Source of the DNA: Selaginella moellendorffii
Lineage: Eukaryota; Plantae; Lycopodiophyta
Direction of reading: 5' to 3'
Assembly: GCF_000143415.4 (NCBI RefSeq)
Contig: NW_003314458.1
Location: 8,822 to 72,821, forward strand
DNA: 64,000 nt
Shown here: positions 13,001 through 27,200 of the stretch, in pieces
How positions within the stretch are numbered: position 1 is the first letter of the stretch
Layout: the number at the start of each line of letters is the position of its first letter
Position numbers and translations under genes: made by a program
The notes under the pieces: model-generated
Seen by the model: the letters and a program-made list of their open reading frames with translations, nothing else
Database searches by the model: none
What the model was told of the DNA's origin: nothing

Positions 13001-16000
13001 GCATCCCCCACACTTGGCGGTGCACCCAAGCTAGCCCTTACGGCCAAGGGTTCATAGCTACTGAGATTAGGTGTCCCCATCTCACTCACCACGACCTTGG
13101 TGCCACTTGCACCAAAGTGTTCAAGTTAGATATGCTGAGCTTTCACACTAAGCAATCTAACCGTGCATCACGACTCCGAGGCATCCCTCGCTTGGCGGTG
13201 TGCCCAAACCAGTCTCCCCACTGAGAGTCCATGACCACCGAAATATGAGTGTCCTCATATTCCAAACCATCACCACGCCCTAGTGATTTGGGACTCGAAC
13301 CCAAGCACTAGAGGGTCGGGACTCGAACCCAACCTCCGTATATGCATCTACGAACGGCATCACACAAGATGCTTGGCGTGACTCCCCACGCCGGTGCACC
13401 AACTCATTTTTAAAGCGCGCTACAGATCACAGCTTAGGAACCTAGTTCCTCCACATTGCCAAGTCCTCTCACTTGACATGTCTGTGATCATGCATGGACT
13501 CCTCCATGCTCGGCCCCATGGCCCACCCTTTTCGAAGTTATCACCTTCAACTAGGGTCTTTGTTCCCCCGACGTGCCAATCTCACTTGGCAAGTCCTCCG
13601 ACCATTGTAACATAGTTCCTGCATAAGCGTGAAAGTCCTTGACCATCGACTTTCGTTCAAAGCCCTCTCTTTGAACACTCGGGAACTACTTCCCTAACCT
13701 TGATAACCTTGCCTCATGGCAAGCTTCAAGACCACGCTTCTGCTGCGCCACTCTGATTTCGCGCGTTTCATGAACCATTTACACTTGGCCTTTCTAGGTA
13801 CTAAGCTACCTAGAATCGTCTTTGGGAACCTTGAAGGAACTCTGTCCCTTAGCTTGCTAAGGCCTCCCTTTTGCAAGCCTTCCAAATGCCACATAGTCTA
13901 ACATGGACAATTCCATAACTTAGACTCTCCATGGCATCACGGTTGCTAGCGGCAACACCCTCGACCCCCCACTTGATTCTCCACTCCCAGCTGGCATAAC
14001 CAACCTTGGTTATGCCCTTCGATTTCTATGGTTCAGTTCCATCCCAATACTACTTGCCTTTGGCTTCACACCTTTCCTTCGGTCATTCTCCTCCAGATCA
14101 GGAGGATAGCTTTGCACTTTCTATCATGCCTTAGCAAGTATTCTTAGGGATGAACCTACCCAATAGCCCAGGGAGTGGTTCCTCAATCCGGGTATGCTCA
14201 CCTTATAATCCCACACACTGGGATTACATTGTTGCTTATGGGCCTTTACATGCCCATCACTAGCCTTGCCAAAATTCCATTTTTGGCTTTGTCCAACTTG
14301 GGTAGACAGTCCTCTCCTGTCTCCGCAACCTTGGACATTTGGATAGCACCTTCTATCCATCATTTGCTAGGGACTTAGTCCCTTGGGCTTTATCCATTGC
14401 CCTTGCGACATCAAGCACCACCTTCTGGTGTTCTAGAGTGTTCGGGTGTCCCAATGATGGCTTTCTTGACAATGAGTATTTCCTTTTATGACATTGACTT
14501 ACTATATCGCAACATAAGCAACTTATCCCCCGCAAGGGTATATCCGACTTCCCTATGCTAGAAGTCTTGGGTAGCTACCTTCTACCCGTTTAAACAGTTA
14601 TTTTGCACCTCTTGCTTAGTTGCCTTATAGTTGTCAAGTCTTACAACTCATTGCTTGGTGCTTTCACACCTCCATCATTATTTGGGTCACCGCACTCCAA
14701 CTGCATGCTCTGCAGCTTAGGCTATGCCATTCCCATTTCCATTGGGATTCCTTTGGCAAGGGGTTCTCATGAACCCACCAACATAGCCTCAAGGTATCAC
14801 ACCTTGGCACATTTGGTGTCTCCACACCATCGGCTCCACGAGCCTACCTCTATGACACTTCTTCTTTGTGTCTAAGTCTTTGCCAAGACCAATGCCACTC
14901 TTTCTCATGCCAACCATCCGTTAGCACTACACCATAGAGGTCACACACAACTTTGTGTCAAAGTTGTTTTCTTTTTGGGAACACCTTTCCCACGACTTTA
15001 GCATGGCACATTTTGCCATCGATGAGATACCCTCTGTTCTCACCCTTGGATCCTATGATCCCCCCCCCATCCTTTGTGGGGTACAACACACCTCAGTCCA
15101 CATGCTTCCATCAGTCCTTTTAGGACTATCCCTTGACTCTACTTGAGTCATCAGCAGTTTTGGACTTGGTTAATCCACAGACCCTTAAGGTCCTACTTGT
15201 GAGGCACTAGCTCACTGGAATACACTTCTTGCATTCCTGTCCTACTCAAAAGGACTATTTTCACAAGTGTTACTCCGACACTTGATTTTGTTCTCTGGGG
15301 GCAACTTTTGCCCCTTAGGACCACTTCTCCATATGATGAGAATACCACTCATCCACTTAATACACCCCCAACTCCTTGGGTTGTTCCAGCATTTATTAGA
15401 GGTAGCCCCGGCTACCTTTTCAAGGACTTGAGTCCTCTTCCGTATTTGACCTCCCACGGTCATTACTTCTGGTCTCACATTCATGAGCACCAACCTCAAC
15501 TATATGAGGAAAATCTTGTGACTCCTTTATTGCTTTGGAGTCTTTATCTTTCCCGTGATCCCAACTGTAGTTGTTTACCACAACTACATTAGCCAGTTTG
15601 CTAAGTCAAACGTTCATCTGGATCACATCCTCAACTCTTTGAGGAAAACCATATACTGTTCCCAAGATCCCAAAGTCGTTCCATTATTGGCCCTTTTCTA
15701 TCCACCACTTTGTCTACAAGTTCCCACATATACTGTTCCGCTTTGGGCTTTCACCCTCTCAGGCTCCGGACTCGGACTCGGACTCGGATTCGGACTCGGA
15801 CTCGGGCTCGGCCTCGGTCTCGGCCTCGGCCTCGGTCTCGGTCTCGGTCCCGATCTCGGTCTCGGTCTCGGTCTCGGTCCCGGTCCCGGTCCCGGTCTCG
15901 GTCTCGACTTCGGACTCCATCTCGGACTCCATCTCGGACTCCATCTCGGGTCCATCTCGGGTTCATCTCGGACTCCATCTCGGACTCCATCTCGGGTCCA

Positions 16001-16484
16001 TCTCGGACTCCATCTCGGACTCCATTTCGGGTCCATCTCGGGTCCACCTCGGACTCCATCTCGGACTCCATCTCGGGTCCATCTCGGACTCCACTTCAGA
16101 CTCCAACTCGGGTCCATCTCGGACTCCATCTCGGACTCCACTTCGGACTCCACTTCGGACTCCAACTCGGGTCCATCTCGGACTCCAATTCGGACTCCAA
16201 CTCGGGTCCATCTCGGACTCCACTTCGGACTCCAACTCGAGTCTATCTCGGACACTCCCACGTGTCATGTGTTGGTCCTTTTGGGTCCCTTTTTGAAGCC
16301 TCGCCTTTTGCTCGCTTCATGCTCGTTCCTCGAGCACTTCGTTGGGAGTTCCACTCCCGCTCTTGACTTTTCAAGTCGGAGCTTTTGGTCCAAACGTGAT
16401 ATGCTCGTTTGGCTCTCGCTTCGGCCACTACCATGTGGCGCCCTTCCGGCTCCACTTTGGGGCCTAGGGATTTTGTGTCTCACA
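10051..16484 (-). mobile_element. Element B, same family, nested in A
   Basis: TSD CTGCC (10046-10050, 16485-16489); uninterrupted site visible in B itself at about 14391-14412; LTRs 10051-11778 and truncated 15739-16484; PPT 11779-11792. Confidence 0.9.
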
Positions 16485-17949
16485 CTGCCCTCGCGACATC
16501 AAACACCACCTCCTAGTGTTCTAGAGTGTTTGGGTGTCCCAATGACGGCTTCCTTGACAATGAGTATTTCCTTTTATGACATTGACTTACTATATTGCAA
16601 CATAAGCAACTTATCCCCCGTAAGGGTATATCCACTTCCCTATGCCATTAAGAAGGCTTGGGTAGCTAACTTCTACCCGTTTAACCAATTATTTTGCACC
16701 TCTTGCTTAGTTGCCTCATAGTTGTCAAGTCCTACAACTCATTGCTGGTGCTTCCACACCTCCATCATTATCTGGGTCACCACACTCTAATTGCATGCTC
16801 TGCAGCTTAGGCTATGCCATTCCCATTTCTATTGGGATTCCTTTGGCAAGGGGTTCTCATGAACCCACCAACATAGCCTCAAGGTATCACACCTTGGCAC
16901 ATTTGGTGTCTCCACACCATCAGCTCCATGAGCCTACCTCTATGACACTTCTTATTTGTGTCTAAGTCTTTGCCAAGACCAATACCACTCTTTCTCATGC
17001 CAACCATCCGTTAGCACTGCACCATAGAGGTCATACACAACTTTGTGTCAAAGTTGTTTTCTTTTTGGGAACACCTTTCCCACGACTTTAGCATGGCACA
17101 TTTTGCCATCGATGAAATACCCTCTGTTCTCATCCTTGGATCCTATGATCCCCCCCCCATCCTTTGTGGGGCACCATACACCTCAGTCCAAATGCTCCAA
17201 CCAATCCCTTAGGACCATTCCTTGACTCCGCTTGAGTCATCTAGCATTTTGGACTTTGCTAATCCAATAACCTGCGAGGTCTCAGTTTTAGAGGTGCCAA
17301 CTCACTGGGATACAACTTCTTGTATTCATGTCCTACTCACAAGGACAATCTTTGCAAGTGTTATTCTGACACTTGGTGATTTTCTTGGGGCTAACCTTTG
17401 CCCCTTAGGACCACTTGTCCATATGATGAGAATAGCAACTCATCTTTAAGTACACCCCCAACTCCTTGGGTTGTTCTAGCATTTATTGGAGGTAGCCCCG
17501 GCTACCATTTCAAGGACTTGTGTCCTCTTCTATATTTGACCTCCCATGGTCATCAATTCTAGTCTCAAAGTTATGAGCACCAGCCTCAACTATATGAGGG
17601 TAATCTTGTGACTCCTTTATTGTTTTGGAGTCTACATCTTTCTCGTGATCCCAACTATAGTTGTTTACCACAACTACATTAGCCCGTTTGCTGCGTCAAA
17701 CGCTCATCTAGATCACATCCTCAACTCTCTGAGGAAACCTTATACTGTTCCCAAGATCCCAAAGTCATTCCATTATTGGCCCTTTTCTATCCACCACTTT
17801 GTCTACAAGTTCCCACATGAACTGTAATGGAGAGCCATGTCTTCCCGACTTGCTACTCCTCAAGGATAGGACCTTCCGATGCCAACACCAGTGGTGATAT
17901 ACTTGAGCACCAATAAAAGTCGGACTAAGGAACCGCTCTGATACCAAAT

Positions 17950-19677
17950 TGTAAGCGACTAATTTTTCCATTCTACTTTAATCACTTAACCACACCTCCG
18001 ACCACTTGGAGGAGTCTCAATCACAACCTCCGTAAATCCAATTCAGGACTTGGGACTTGCTAGCCCCAAGAATGGCATCCATGCCACTCAACATTTGCAC
18101 TTGGTCCAAGTGCTCCATGTGTCCGATCCCACGACCGACACTCAAAGGTACCACTGACATGGCAGCCTATCACGCTAAGGCCATGCCCAATCACCTTTGC
18201 CACACTGGTAGTCCAATACACTTTGCATCACAGTCTTGGCTCTCCAAGACTAGGTAAACCATCCGTGAATAGTCATCTCAGATCCACTCCTTAGCATCCT
18301 TAGGATGCCCATCGACAAGGGGAATAGCCTTCCCCAATATCCCTCTATCAGTCCCCACTAAGTCCCTTTCTGCCCTTGGCCGTGTTTGCCAACACTGCCA
18401 CTGGATCGAGGCCCACAGGCCCGACCACTAAGTCCCACGGTCCTCTGGGACTTCCTCACCACACGACTGCGTCCTTGGTCACTTCTCCAGAGGACTGCTC
18501 CTCTACCTTTCCACAGTCTGGGCCTTTGGGACAACATTTCGGAACACCGTGGCCTCACGCGAGCCACCTGGGTACTCTCCCCACCTATCGCCTTTAGGTG
18601 CTCTAGCCATGGGCTTAGAGCGAGGTTCCGTTGAGCCACGCCTGGTATCCAAGTAGGTAGTGCCACCCACACTTGGACTGGGAGCATCGGCTAGTCGATC
18701 TCCCGGGGGAACTAGAGCCGGCTCTTGAACACTTCACCAAGCTACCCCGCTTGTCGGTCTGTGTTCACTCTAGTCTTGGACTTCCCAGTGGGCAGCTCAT
18801 CACCCAACACTGGGCCCGGCCTTCCTGGGCCAAACTGGCCTTTCCTGGCCAAACTGGCTCCACTACAGTCCTCCCCCTACTATACTTTTGGAGCTCACCA
18901 AACCCCCCAGGGTCTGGGAGACGAACGCTTTGGGCTTTCACCCTCTCAGGCTCCAGACTCGGACTCGGACTCGGATTCGGACTCGGACTCAGGCTCGGCC
19001 TTGGTCTCGGCCTCGGCCTCGGTCTCAGTCTCGGTCCCGATCTCGGTCTCGGTCTCGGTCTCGGTCCCGGTCCCGGTCTCGGTCTCGACTTCGGACTCCA
19101 TCTCGGACTCCATCTCGGACTCCATCTCGGACTCCATCTCGGGTCCATCTCGGGTTCATCTCGGACTCCATCTCGGACTCCATCTCGGGTCCATCTCGGA
19201 CTCCATCTCGGACTCCATTTCGGGTCCATCTCGGGTCCACCTCAGACTCCATCTCGGACTCCATCTCGGGTCCATCTCGGACTCCACTTCAGACTCCAAC
19301 TCGGGTCCATCTCGGACTCCATCTCGGACTCCACTTCGGACTCCACTTCGGACTCCAACTCGGGTCCATCTCGGACTCCAGTTCGGACTCCAACTCGGGT
19401 CCATCTCGGACTCCACTTCGGACTCCAACTCGAGTCTATCTCGGACACTCCCACGTGTCATGTGTTGGTCCTTTTGGGTCCCTTTTTGAAGCCTCGCCTT
19501 TTGCTCGCTTCATGCTCGTTCCTCGAGCACTTCGTTGGGAGTTCCACTCCCGCTCTTGACTTTTCAAGTCGGAGCTTTTGGTCCAAACGTGATATGCTCG
19601 TTTGGCTCTCGCTTCGGCCACTACCATGTGGCGCCCTTCCGGCTCCACTTTGGGGCCTAGGGATTTTGTGTCTCACA
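17950..19677 (-). repeat. Recombinant A/B LTR within a tandem duplication
   Basis: Preceded by a PBS (17935-17946) like the 5' LTR of A, but followed by CTGCC like the right LTR of B; 16485-17949 is repeated at 19678-21154. Confidence 0.85.
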
Positions 19678-21139
19678 CTGCCCTCGCGACATCAAACACC
19701 ACCTCCTAGTGTTCTAGAGTGTTTGGGTGTCCCAATGACGGCTTCCTTGACAATGAGTATTTCCTTTTATGACATTGACTTACTATATTGCAACATAAGC
19801 AACTTATCCCCCGTAAGGGTATATCCACTTCCCTATGCCATTAAGAAGGCTTGGGTAGCTAACTTCTACCCGTTTAACCAATTATTTTGCACCTCTTGCT
19901 TAGTTGCCTCATAGTTGTCAAGTCCTACAACTCATTGCTGGTGCTTCCACACCTCCATCATTATCTGGGTCACCACACTCTAATTGCATGCTCTGCAGCT
20001 TAGGCTATGCCATTCCCATTTCTATTGGGATTCCTTTGGCAAGGGGTTCTCATGAACCCACCAACATAGCCTCAAGGTATCACACCTTGGCACATTTGGT
20101 GTCTCCACACCATCAGCTCCATGAGCCTACCTCTATGACACTTCTTATTTGTGTCTAAGTCTTTGCCAAGACCAATACCACTCTTTCTCATGCCAACCAT
20201 CCGTTAGCACTGCACCATAGAGGTCACACACAACTTTGTGTCAAAGTTGTTTTCTTTTTGGGAACACCTTTCCCACGACTTTAGCATGGCACATTTTGCC
20301 ATCGATGAAATACCCTCTGTTCTCATCCTTGGATCCTATGATCCCCCCCCCATCCTTTGTGGGGCACCATACACCTCAGTCCAAATGCTCCAACCAATCC
20401 CTTAGGACCATTCCCTGACTCCGCTTGAGTCATCTAGCATTTTGGACTTTGCTAATCCAACAACCTGCGAGGTCTCAGTTTTAGAGGTGCCAACTCACTG
20501 GGATACAACTTCTTGTATTCATGTCCTACTCACAAGGACAATCTTTGCAAGTGTTATTCTGACACTTGGTGATTTTCTTGGGGCTAACCTTTGCCCCTTA
20601 GGACCACTTGTCCATATGATGAGAATAGCAACTCATCTTTAAGTACACCCCCAACTCCTTGGGTTGTTCTAGCATTTATTGGAGGTAGCCCCGGCTACCA
20701 TTTCAAGGACTTGTGTCCTCTTCTATATTTGACCTCCCATGGTCATCAATTCTGGTCTCAAAGTTATGAGCACCAGCCTCAACTATATGAGGGTAATCTT
20801 GTGACTCCTTTATTGTTTTGGAGTCTACATCTTTCTCGTGATCCCAACTATAGTTGTTTACCACAACTACATTAGCCCGTTTGCTGCGTCAAACGCTCAT
20901 CTGGATCACATCCTCAGCTCTCTGAGGAAACCTTATACTGTTCCCAAGATCCCAAAGTCGTTCCATTATTGGCCCTTTTCTATCCACCACTTTGTCTACA
21001 AGTTCCCACATGAACTGTAATGGAGAGCCATGTCTTCCCGACTTGCTACTCCTCAAGGATAGGCCCACTCCTCGGACCTTCCGATGCCAACACCAGTGGT
21101 GATATACTTGAGCACCAATAAAAGTCGGACTAAGGAACC

Positions 21140-21151
21140 GCTCTGATACCA
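21140..21151 (-). other. Primer-binding site, tRNA-iMet
   Basis: Minus-strand TGGTATCAGAGC 3 nt from the LTR end; duplicate at 17935-17946. Confidence 0.93.
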
Positions 21152-21154
21152 AAT

Positions 21155-22842
21155 TGTAAGCGACTAATTTTTCCATTCTACTTTAATCACTTAACCACAC
21201 CTCCGACCACTTGGAGGAGTCTCAATCACAACCTCCATAAGTCCAATTCAGGACTTGGGACTTGCTAGCCCCAAGAATGGCATCCATGCCACTCAACATT
21301 TGCACTTGGTCCAAGTGCTCCATGTGTCCGATCCCACGACCGACACTCAAAGGTACCACTGACATGGCAGCCTATCACGCTAAGGCCATGCCCAATCACC
21401 TTTGCCACACTGGTAGTCCAATACACTTTGCATCACAGTCTTGGCTCTCCAAGACTAGGTAAACCATCCGTGAATGGTCATCTCAGATCCACTCCTTAGC
21501 ATCCTTAGGATGCCCATTGACAAGGGGAATAGCCTTCCCCAATATCCCTCTGTCAGTCCCCACTAAGTCCCTTTCTGCCCCTAGCCGTGTTTGCCGACAC
21601 TGCCACTGGATCGAGGCCCACAAGCCCGACCACTAAGTCCCACGGTCCTCTGGGACTTCCTCACCACACGACTGTGTCCTTGGTCACTACCCCAAAGGAC
21701 TGCTCCTCTTCCTTTCCACAGTCTGGGCCTTTGGGACAACATTTCGAAACACCGTGGCCTTACGCGAGCCACCTAGGTACTCTCCCCGCCTTCCGCCTTT
21801 AGGTGCTCTAGCCATGGGCTTAGAGCGAGGTTCCGTTGAGCCACGACAGGTATCCAAGTAGGTAGTGCCACCCACACTTGGACTGGGAGCATCGGCCAGT
21901 CGATCTCCCGGGGGAACTAGAGCCGGCTCTTGAACACTTCACCAAGCTACCCCGCTTGTCGGTCCGTGTTCACTTTAGTCTTGGACTTCCCAGTGGGCAG
22001 CTCATCACCCAACACTGGGTCTGGCCTTCCTGGGCCAAACTGGCCTTTCCTGGCCAAACTGGCTCCACTGCAGTCCTCCCCCTACTATACTTTTGGAGCT
22101 CACCAAACCCCCCAGGGTCTGGGAGACGAACGCTTTGGGCTTTCACCCTCTCAGACTCGAACTCGGACTCGGACTCGGACTTGGACTCGGACTCGAACTC
22201 GGACTCGGACTCGGTCTCGACTTCGGACTCCATCTCGGGTCCATCTCGGACTCCATCTCGGACTCCATCTCGGGTCCATCTCGGACTCCATCTCGGGTCC
22301 ATCTCGGGTCCATCTTGGACTCCATCTCGAACTCCATCTCGGGTCCATCTCGGACTCCATCTCGGACTCCATCTCGGGTCCATCTCGGACTCCATCTCGG
22401 ACTCCATCTCGGGTCCATCTTGGGTCCATCTCGGACTCCATCTCGGGTCCATTTCGGGTCCATCTCGGACTCCATCTCGGGTCCGTCTCGGACTCAATCT
22501 CGGATCCATCTCGGGTCCACCTCGGACTCCACCTCGAACTCCATCTCGGGGTCCTTCTCAGACTCCACTTCGGACTCCACTTCGGACTCCAACTCAGGTC
22601 CATCTCGAACACTTCCATGTGTCATGTGTTAGTTCTTTTCGGGTCCCTTTTTGGAGCCTCGCTTATGGCTCGCTTCATGCTCATTCCTCAAGCACTTTGT
22701 TAGGGGTTCCACTCCTGCTCTCGACCTTTCAAGGTGGAGCTTTTAGTCCAAACGTGTTACGCTCGTTTGGCTTTCACTTTGGCCACTACCACGTGGCGCC
22801 CTTCCGGCTCCACTTTGGGGCCTAGGGATTTTGTGTCTCACA
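21155..22842 (-). repeat. 5' LTR of element A
   Basis: TGTAAGC...TCTCACA adjacent to the PBS and the TSD. Confidence 0.92.
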
Positions 22843-23207
22843 CCCGAAGCAAGTGTTGCACCCAAGGCTTGGGATTTAGAGGGTCCCATGATCAAGTCTA
22901 GTTGTACCAAGGGATGTTAAGAACCTGGAGGCTTAGTGTGCTTGGCTGCTTGTGCCTGTGGGGAGCGTAGTTGAACCTTAAGCCCAGTCTAACCTGGGGA
23001 GGGGGATTGGTAGAGATTTGGGAATCCATGGATGGATGGCTAATGCTCCATTGCTCGTGCAGTGAGTAGCTAAAACCAAGTAAGACCAAGTAGGAGTTGG
23101 TACAATAGATGGGAACCTTGGCGAGGGAACTTAACAAAAGCCAAGGCAGTGTTGGTCAGATAGACAAGGTAAGCTAGCAAATTGGAAAGGAAAAATTTGA
23201 GGCTTAC

Positions 23208-24235
23208 AACTGGGTCTATGATATGGAAAATTATTTCATAGCGGCAGACGTAGATGATCGTACAAAAGTTGCATGCTTGCAATCCTTTCTCACCAATCAT
23301 GCCAAAACCTTGTGGCGCCAGATGTGTGCTAAAAAAGGGCAGACTAGAAGTTAGACCAAGATGCGGTCTCGTATCCGTAAGGAATACTTGCCGGATGATA
23401 TTGGTCTAAGAATTCGCGTGGAATTGCGGCGGTTAAAGCAACGAGGGGATCTCATGCATTACATTAATGCATTTGCTTAAAAGCACATTATGATTGCAAA
23501 TATAAGTGACGAAGATGCTCGGAGTTATTTCCTAGAGGGTTTAATTTCACTTTCTCGTAATGAGATTTTGAAGTTTAAGCTGAAAACGTACCTGGAGTGT
23601 AAGGAGGCAATGCAGCAAGTTGCCTTTAGTCACTCACTCATTGAACAATATCAGCAGCCGTATGTTGGTACCTCGGACAAGAATAAAAATTTTGGGAATA
23701 AACAAGGTGATCGGAAACAGAAGGTGGAAGGCAGGTTCCGCTTTGAGGGCTCATAACCAACAATTAACAAAGGTGGTGGTGGTTGGAGACCACCAGTAGC
23801 TTCTTCTGGTCCTAGGCCCTCTGTTCCTCCTCCTGGTGTGGGTACAAGCAGCAGCAACCTACAAAACCTACTCCTAGCGGAACGGGTAGTGTGGGTCATT
23901 GCTCCCATTGTGGAGAGTCAGGACATAGGTCTTCGGAATGTCCCAACAAGCATAAGACAAGGTCTTGTGTTAATGTCATGAGGGAAGATAGTGGTGGTGA
24001 AGCCGAAGGGGTTGACGAGTTGGTCAATGCAGACTATGAGGAAGAAGAGTTGAGTAACTTTCGTTGCTTTCCTCAAACTTTTCTTGCAATCAATGCAAAC
24101 ACTGATCCGTTGATATATTTCATAGGCTTTGTCCGTGGACACCGAATCCGAGTAATGATTGACACAGGAGCTACGCACAGCGTGATATCCAAAGACTTAG
24201 TTAAGTTGTTAGGATTGAATGCTAAGCAAATGTCA
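23208..24235 (+). pseudogene. Ty3/gypsy gag and protease remnant
   Basis: WVYDMENYF (gag), zinc knuckle CSHCGESGHRSSECP, aspartic protease VMIDTGATHS; stops and frameshifts. Confidence 0.88.
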
Positions 24236-27200
24236 ATCTATAAAATGTAGAGATTGTCTTGAACACAATGGTATTCATCCCGTGTCTATATTCACAATGT
24301 AGTTTCATTCCATATTTAATAAGTTTCAAGTAAGTCTCAAGGACTAACTTTAGGTACTAAAGGTGGCTAAGGGTGAAAGCCCAAAGCTTGCATTCTCAGG
24401 GGGGGGGCGGGGGGGGGGGGCGTTTGTCCAAATGTATTCTAGGGATAGTGGATAGATTGGGTATGGTCTACCTCTTGCTTACGTGCTTGTCTTTGTTTTA
24501 TGTTTGGCTTGAGTCTATGTCTAAGTTCCATACCATGGTAGCTAGAGGAGTATCCATATCTTTATATTAGGCTGCCAGTATGCTGAAATAGCACCAGACT
24601 CCATTTAGCTTTATTTTGCATGTTAGTCTTAGCATTGGGATGCTTGATGCTCTAGGACTATTCTAAGTCGCTCTTTGCTCTTGTCCCTTCGCTCTTTGGG
24701 CTGAACGCTCAGAAGTCACTCTTGCTTCAGTTCATTCACTCCTTAGTTGTAAGCTTGGGAGTTTAGCTCTGTTCCTTCGTTCAGTGGCCCAAAGCTCTGA
24801 AACTTGGGTTCCACTCCATTGTCCTTGAGGACACATGGCATATAACATGTGGCATATAGAGGGTTTATGTTCCACTTCATGGTCATCCTATGATAAATCA
24901 TTATAAGATAAAGGTGAAAACCACATGCATTACATTTGATATTAGAGAATGAGTCTCAGTGAGTACTATCCAATAAGATTGGGCAACTAGTCTCATTGCA
25001 TATGCAAAGATAAAAATGATGATTTAAGTGGGTATACGTTTAGGTGCTAAGACTTCACAATCGTTCTTTAGCTCTAGACTTTGGTTACCTTTTTGTACCA
25101 TATTGTATGAGCTTGCGCTTGGGCTCATAAGATGAATTGAGATGGTCCATTTGCACAAGTTTGCACTGAGGGCTCGTGAGTGAGGCATATTAGCAATTCA
25201 AGGTTACATTTTGAGTTGGCAAGATTAATAATGGCCTATTGGTGGTTCTATAAGTTATTCCATGTACCATGGTTAAAAGTAAACCTTCTCTAGGTTTGCT
25301 ATAAATGGCAAATGGGTTAGTCCGCAATTGTTTAGCACAGCACTAGTGGATCCTTCATAGGCATGATTATAAATGGATCAATCAAGACTGTAGGGACTAG
25401 TCTATTATTTCAAGTAGTCATTGCTATGCTCTCTTATACTTTTCTTAGACTGGACTAAAGGCAGTGTTAATGCAAGCTTGAGGTTTGGTCAAAGTTGAGA
25501 CCGAAAAGAGAGTTATTGGGAATAAAGGATCAAACACATAAATCATTTTCTCTTCTTGGAGAGATGATTTGCAATGAGGTGTGATCTTATTGCTCGTGTT
25601 CACATCATGCAATCAAAAGTCCCAACCTTGATGTATGTTAATTATGATGGTCTTACAAGTGGTGAATCATGGGATGGATAGTAGTGAAGTGTTAAACCAT
25701 TTTGTCTAGGCTTGCTATTGAAGACTTGAATTACAATCCTTAATTATTTTTTGGGGAACCTTGCTATTACTCCTTGAATAGTTTGGTGTTGGATTAATTT
25801 TGAGTTTGGTTAAAAAGAAAGTGGTATGAGTTTGTCTATATTGTGAACAAAAGTTGGTGGTGTTTAGTGTTTAAATCTTTATTGGTGGGGTGTGGCATTT
25901 ATGTTGTATTGTGTCAAATTGAGTTGGCACTTGATACTCACATAATGATATGGGCGTTGGTCATGGTGTTGCTTGATTAATGATCAGATTATTGTGATTT
26001 TTATATCATATCCATATGATAGTGAGTAATGTGGTTACAAAGTTGCTTGGTCAAATGATGTTCAACCCCAAAGGTGGCTGATAGTGAAGCTACTCTATTT
26101 GCAATAAATAACATTGAAGTAGCTTTGACTAAGTTCTCAATGGTGATCTATGATATGCTAAACTAGTACCTTATTTCCTTGAGTTTGCCTATTAAGGTGT
26201 TAGAAAAAGTTATAGCATTCATTTGTTATAGTTTATTAATTGATCCATTAGCACTAGGAGTAGATTGTTAAATGGAAAAGGTATGAAGTTGAGGTATTGA
26301 CTTTGCTAATACTTGTGTTAGTGGAAGTGACATTGTTGTTTTGAGTGATGAAGAGTTTTTCCTTGGAACTTGACTTTTCATGTCATTTTTTTAATTAGTG
26401 TTTTGGCTTTATATTGGATCTTGAAGGTGATTGAAGAAAACTGTAGTGCAATGTGGATATCCGAAGATATGGTCTTTATGATCGAGTTTTGGATATTCAT
26501 TTGCATTTTGCAAATATCGGTGTTAAATGTCAAAAATATAGGCAATTCTTAGTTATACTGTTAGGTCATGAGAATTAGTGTTGAGCTGTACCTATGTGAA
26601 GTTGTTAGTAGGACGAAGTTGGTTGAATCTTAAAAGTTTGCATTCCTAGACTAAGAGTCATTTTTTCTCTAAGATGGAAAATTTTCCACAAATTTTCTTA
26701 AGCTTTTCCAATTGCTGATTTATTGATCACTTTACCTAAAAACTATTTAGTTTTCATAAACCAATACAAATTAGTTATAGTTTGTATGATACAGTCCGAA
26801 AGGGATGCTGATTTTTGGGGCTAAGGCAATTAAATTGGATGGAATCTAGAATTGGTGTAAAAAAGTGGTTGTTGTGCTTTTCTAAAATTGTGACTCTTGT
26901 GCCTTTATTTTATAATGTTATACTAGGTGGCAAGTTGCATCTTACATCTTGTTAGACTCTATGAGAATAGATAACTTTTATTGATCTTGACTTATTCTTA
27001 GTAACCTTGCATCTTGGCTGAGGATAGTGATGTCTAGCTTAGTTGTTTGCAGTTGAGGTGTTAGTACCCGTATTATAGATTTGTCTATAAGGAAGTTGTG
27101 TACCAATATGAATCCATCTCATGGTCTTCACTTTAGTTAAGACTGAGTGTTGATTATGCATAGCTAGCCTCTTCAAGGCATTCTCAGAGCTAATGGCTAT

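Larger units (their letters stand above)
5659..22842 (-). mobile_element. Non-coding (LARD-like) LTR element A, with nested copy B and an internal duplication
   Basis: TG...CA ends; 5-bp TSD CCCGA (5654-5658, 22843-22847); PPT at 7461-7474; tRNA-iMet PBS at 21140-21151; no recognisable gag/pol in about 4 kb of internal sequence. Confidence 0.92.
4866..23207 (+). repeat. Chromovirus 3' LTR split in two (4866-5658 and 22848-23207) by element A
   Basis: Starts TGTAAG after the PPT and ends GGCTTACA at 23207. Contains GAGTCC/GAGATC hexamer repeats (about 4950-5210) and a 33-nt G run (5244-5276). Confidence 0.8.

Noticed and set aside
24246-24255. TGTAGAG as an LTR start
   Set aside because: Homologous copies continue past it; it is LTR-internal and the true junction is near 24236.
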